From positions 1 through 36,529 of the IMG/VR virus record IMGVR_UViG_3300009507_003420: 36,529 bases of DNA; one strand, given 5' to 3'. The notes below the pieces were generated by a model that ran no database searches, was not told the origin of the DNA, and worked only from the letters and a program-made list of their open reading frames with translations. A program made the translations under genes and the position numbers. Source of the DNA: a virus. Taxonomy: Duplodnaviria; Caudoviricetes. Positions 35,610-36,529 of the stretch are shown piece after piece. Every line of letters starts with the position of its first letter. Positions within the stretch are counted from its first letter, which is position 1.

Positions 35610-36529
35610 CGCGGCAAGTCAACTGTTGCTGCACGTAAGAATCTGCTTATGTTAGAATCACTATCTGCAAGGGCAATACCTGGATTTGTCCAACTTTGAC
35701 CTTGTTTTCTTACAACAATTACCTTTGTATTCTGTATTGGCGTAGATGTAAGTACTAGCTGATTGCTGTTTATAGTAAATTCAGCCGATAATGTTTCATC
35801 ACCTTCTGGACTATCCAGGGCAACTGGGCCTGTTACTTCATTGAAAATATAATTGTTTATCGAATTTTTACGTAAACGCTTACCTGCAACAAAAACTTCA
35901 AATTCGTTTATATTATTAGGTGTAAAATCAAGTTCATATGTTGACGATGTGCCATCTGCTGTAAATATTGTTGTTAATGTTTCATCTTTGTACGGCATAG
36001 AGTTTTTGCCTGAAATATTTAATACTACTGTATCAGCTGGATACATGTTTTTAACACCTGTTCCTAAAGTTCCTCTTCTAAATTGACTTATTACATTTCC
36101 GTTACGCACAAAGTATTCAATTCTTTCTCCGTCAATCATAATTATTGCTGGTTTAGTTGATCCTGCTACTGGAGACGCTAATGCTTCACCATTAATTACT
36201 GTAATACTTTGATCATATTGATATAAGTCTTTTGCTAATGTAACTTCTTCTTCATTGTTTATCCTAATGTAGTGTGTTCGGTTCAACATATCTTTAAACT
36301 GTGACCATCCAAATTTATTTTGTGTTTTACTAGCCGCAAAATGTACTACTTGGACTACATCATTTTCAGATATAGTTGATTCAATTTTAACATACTGTTT
36401 ATTATCTGTTACAAAATAATCTACACTCGGAGTTAGTAATTGTCCATTAATTGATACCCATAAATATTGTGCATCAATAGCTTCTTGATTTAATTTTATA
36501 AGTCCATTATGTAGATGTATATATTTTTG
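35606..36529 (-). CDS. C-terminal part of a large structural (baseplate-wedge-like) protein, truncated by window end
   Basis: The frame is open from 36529 (QKYIHLHNGLIKL...WVSINGQLLTPSVDY...FKD) into the listed 36289 ORF. Contains IDGERIEY...RRGTLGTG and FTADG...EVFVAGKRL Ig-like repeats. Confidence 0.75.
   Translation of the reverse strand, partial: QKYIHLHNGLIKLNQEAIDAQYLWVSINGQLLTPSVDYFVTDNKQYVKIESTISENDVVQVVHFAASKTQNKFGWSQFKDMLNRTHYIRINNEEEVTLAKDLYQYDQSITVINGEALASPVAGSTKPAIIMIDGERIEYFVRNGNVISQFRRGTLGTGVKNMYPADTVVLNISGKNSMPYKDETLTTIFTADGTSSTYELDFTPNNINEFEVFVAGKRLRKNSINNYIFNEVTGPVALDSPEGDETLSAEFTINSNQLVLTSTPIQNTKVIVVRKQGQSWTNPGIALADSDSNISRFLRAATVDLPR

Noticed and set aside
155-36086. Numerous short opposite-strand or alternate-frame ORFs in the track (e.g. 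155-403, 8226-8603, 11478-11822, 33796-34344)
   Set aside because: They are nested in longer motif-bearing genes and show no motifs of their own, so they are treated as shadow ORFs.
1-36529. Stop-codon reassignment as in some large phages
   Set aside because: Code-11 ORFs tile the window almost without gaps, and TAA, TAG and TGA all end plausible genes.
1-36529. tRNA, rRNA, CRISPR array or IS element
   Set aside because: Intergenic gaps are all under about 90 bp. I saw no cloverleaf, regularly spaced direct repeats or transposase motifs.

Overview
AT-rich, densely coding segment of a large (probably jumbo, T4-like) tailed-phage genome read in the standard genetic code. The left end (1-3715) holds a DUF2201/VWA protein, four hypothetical proteins and an Mtd_N-type fibre. 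The right end (28460-36529) is a minus-strand tail/baseplate module: paralogous fibre-like proteins, a tail-collar domain, a DLAE-type C-terminal chaperone domain and a truncated large structural protein. Between them lies a ~25 kb block of small-molecule and glycan-tailoring genes. It includes a TctA+TctC transporter without TctB, two stripped-down adenylate-forming enzymes, an alpha/beta hydrolase, an ACP-like/methyltransferase fusion and a GNAT-like protein. It also includes a 2OG-Fe(II) oxygenase, a divergent GT-B, a DegT aminotransferase, a QueC-like PP-loop enzyme, two nitroreductases, a carbamoyltransferase and an SGNH hydrolase. Five radical SAM enzymes (plus a free-standing Twitch domain) and four GT-A/GT8-like proteins complete it. 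The left part of the block is driven by back-to-back T4-type late-promoter motifs, while the GT8/twin-radical-SAM operon has a near-consensus sigma70 promoter. The best candidate for an undescribed system is a phage-encoded 'import - activate - transfer' pathway that imports a carboxylate and uses it to decorate virion or host-surface glycans late in infection. All family calls come from motif recognition by eye; no database searches were run. No tRNA, rRNA, CRISPR array or mobile element was seen.
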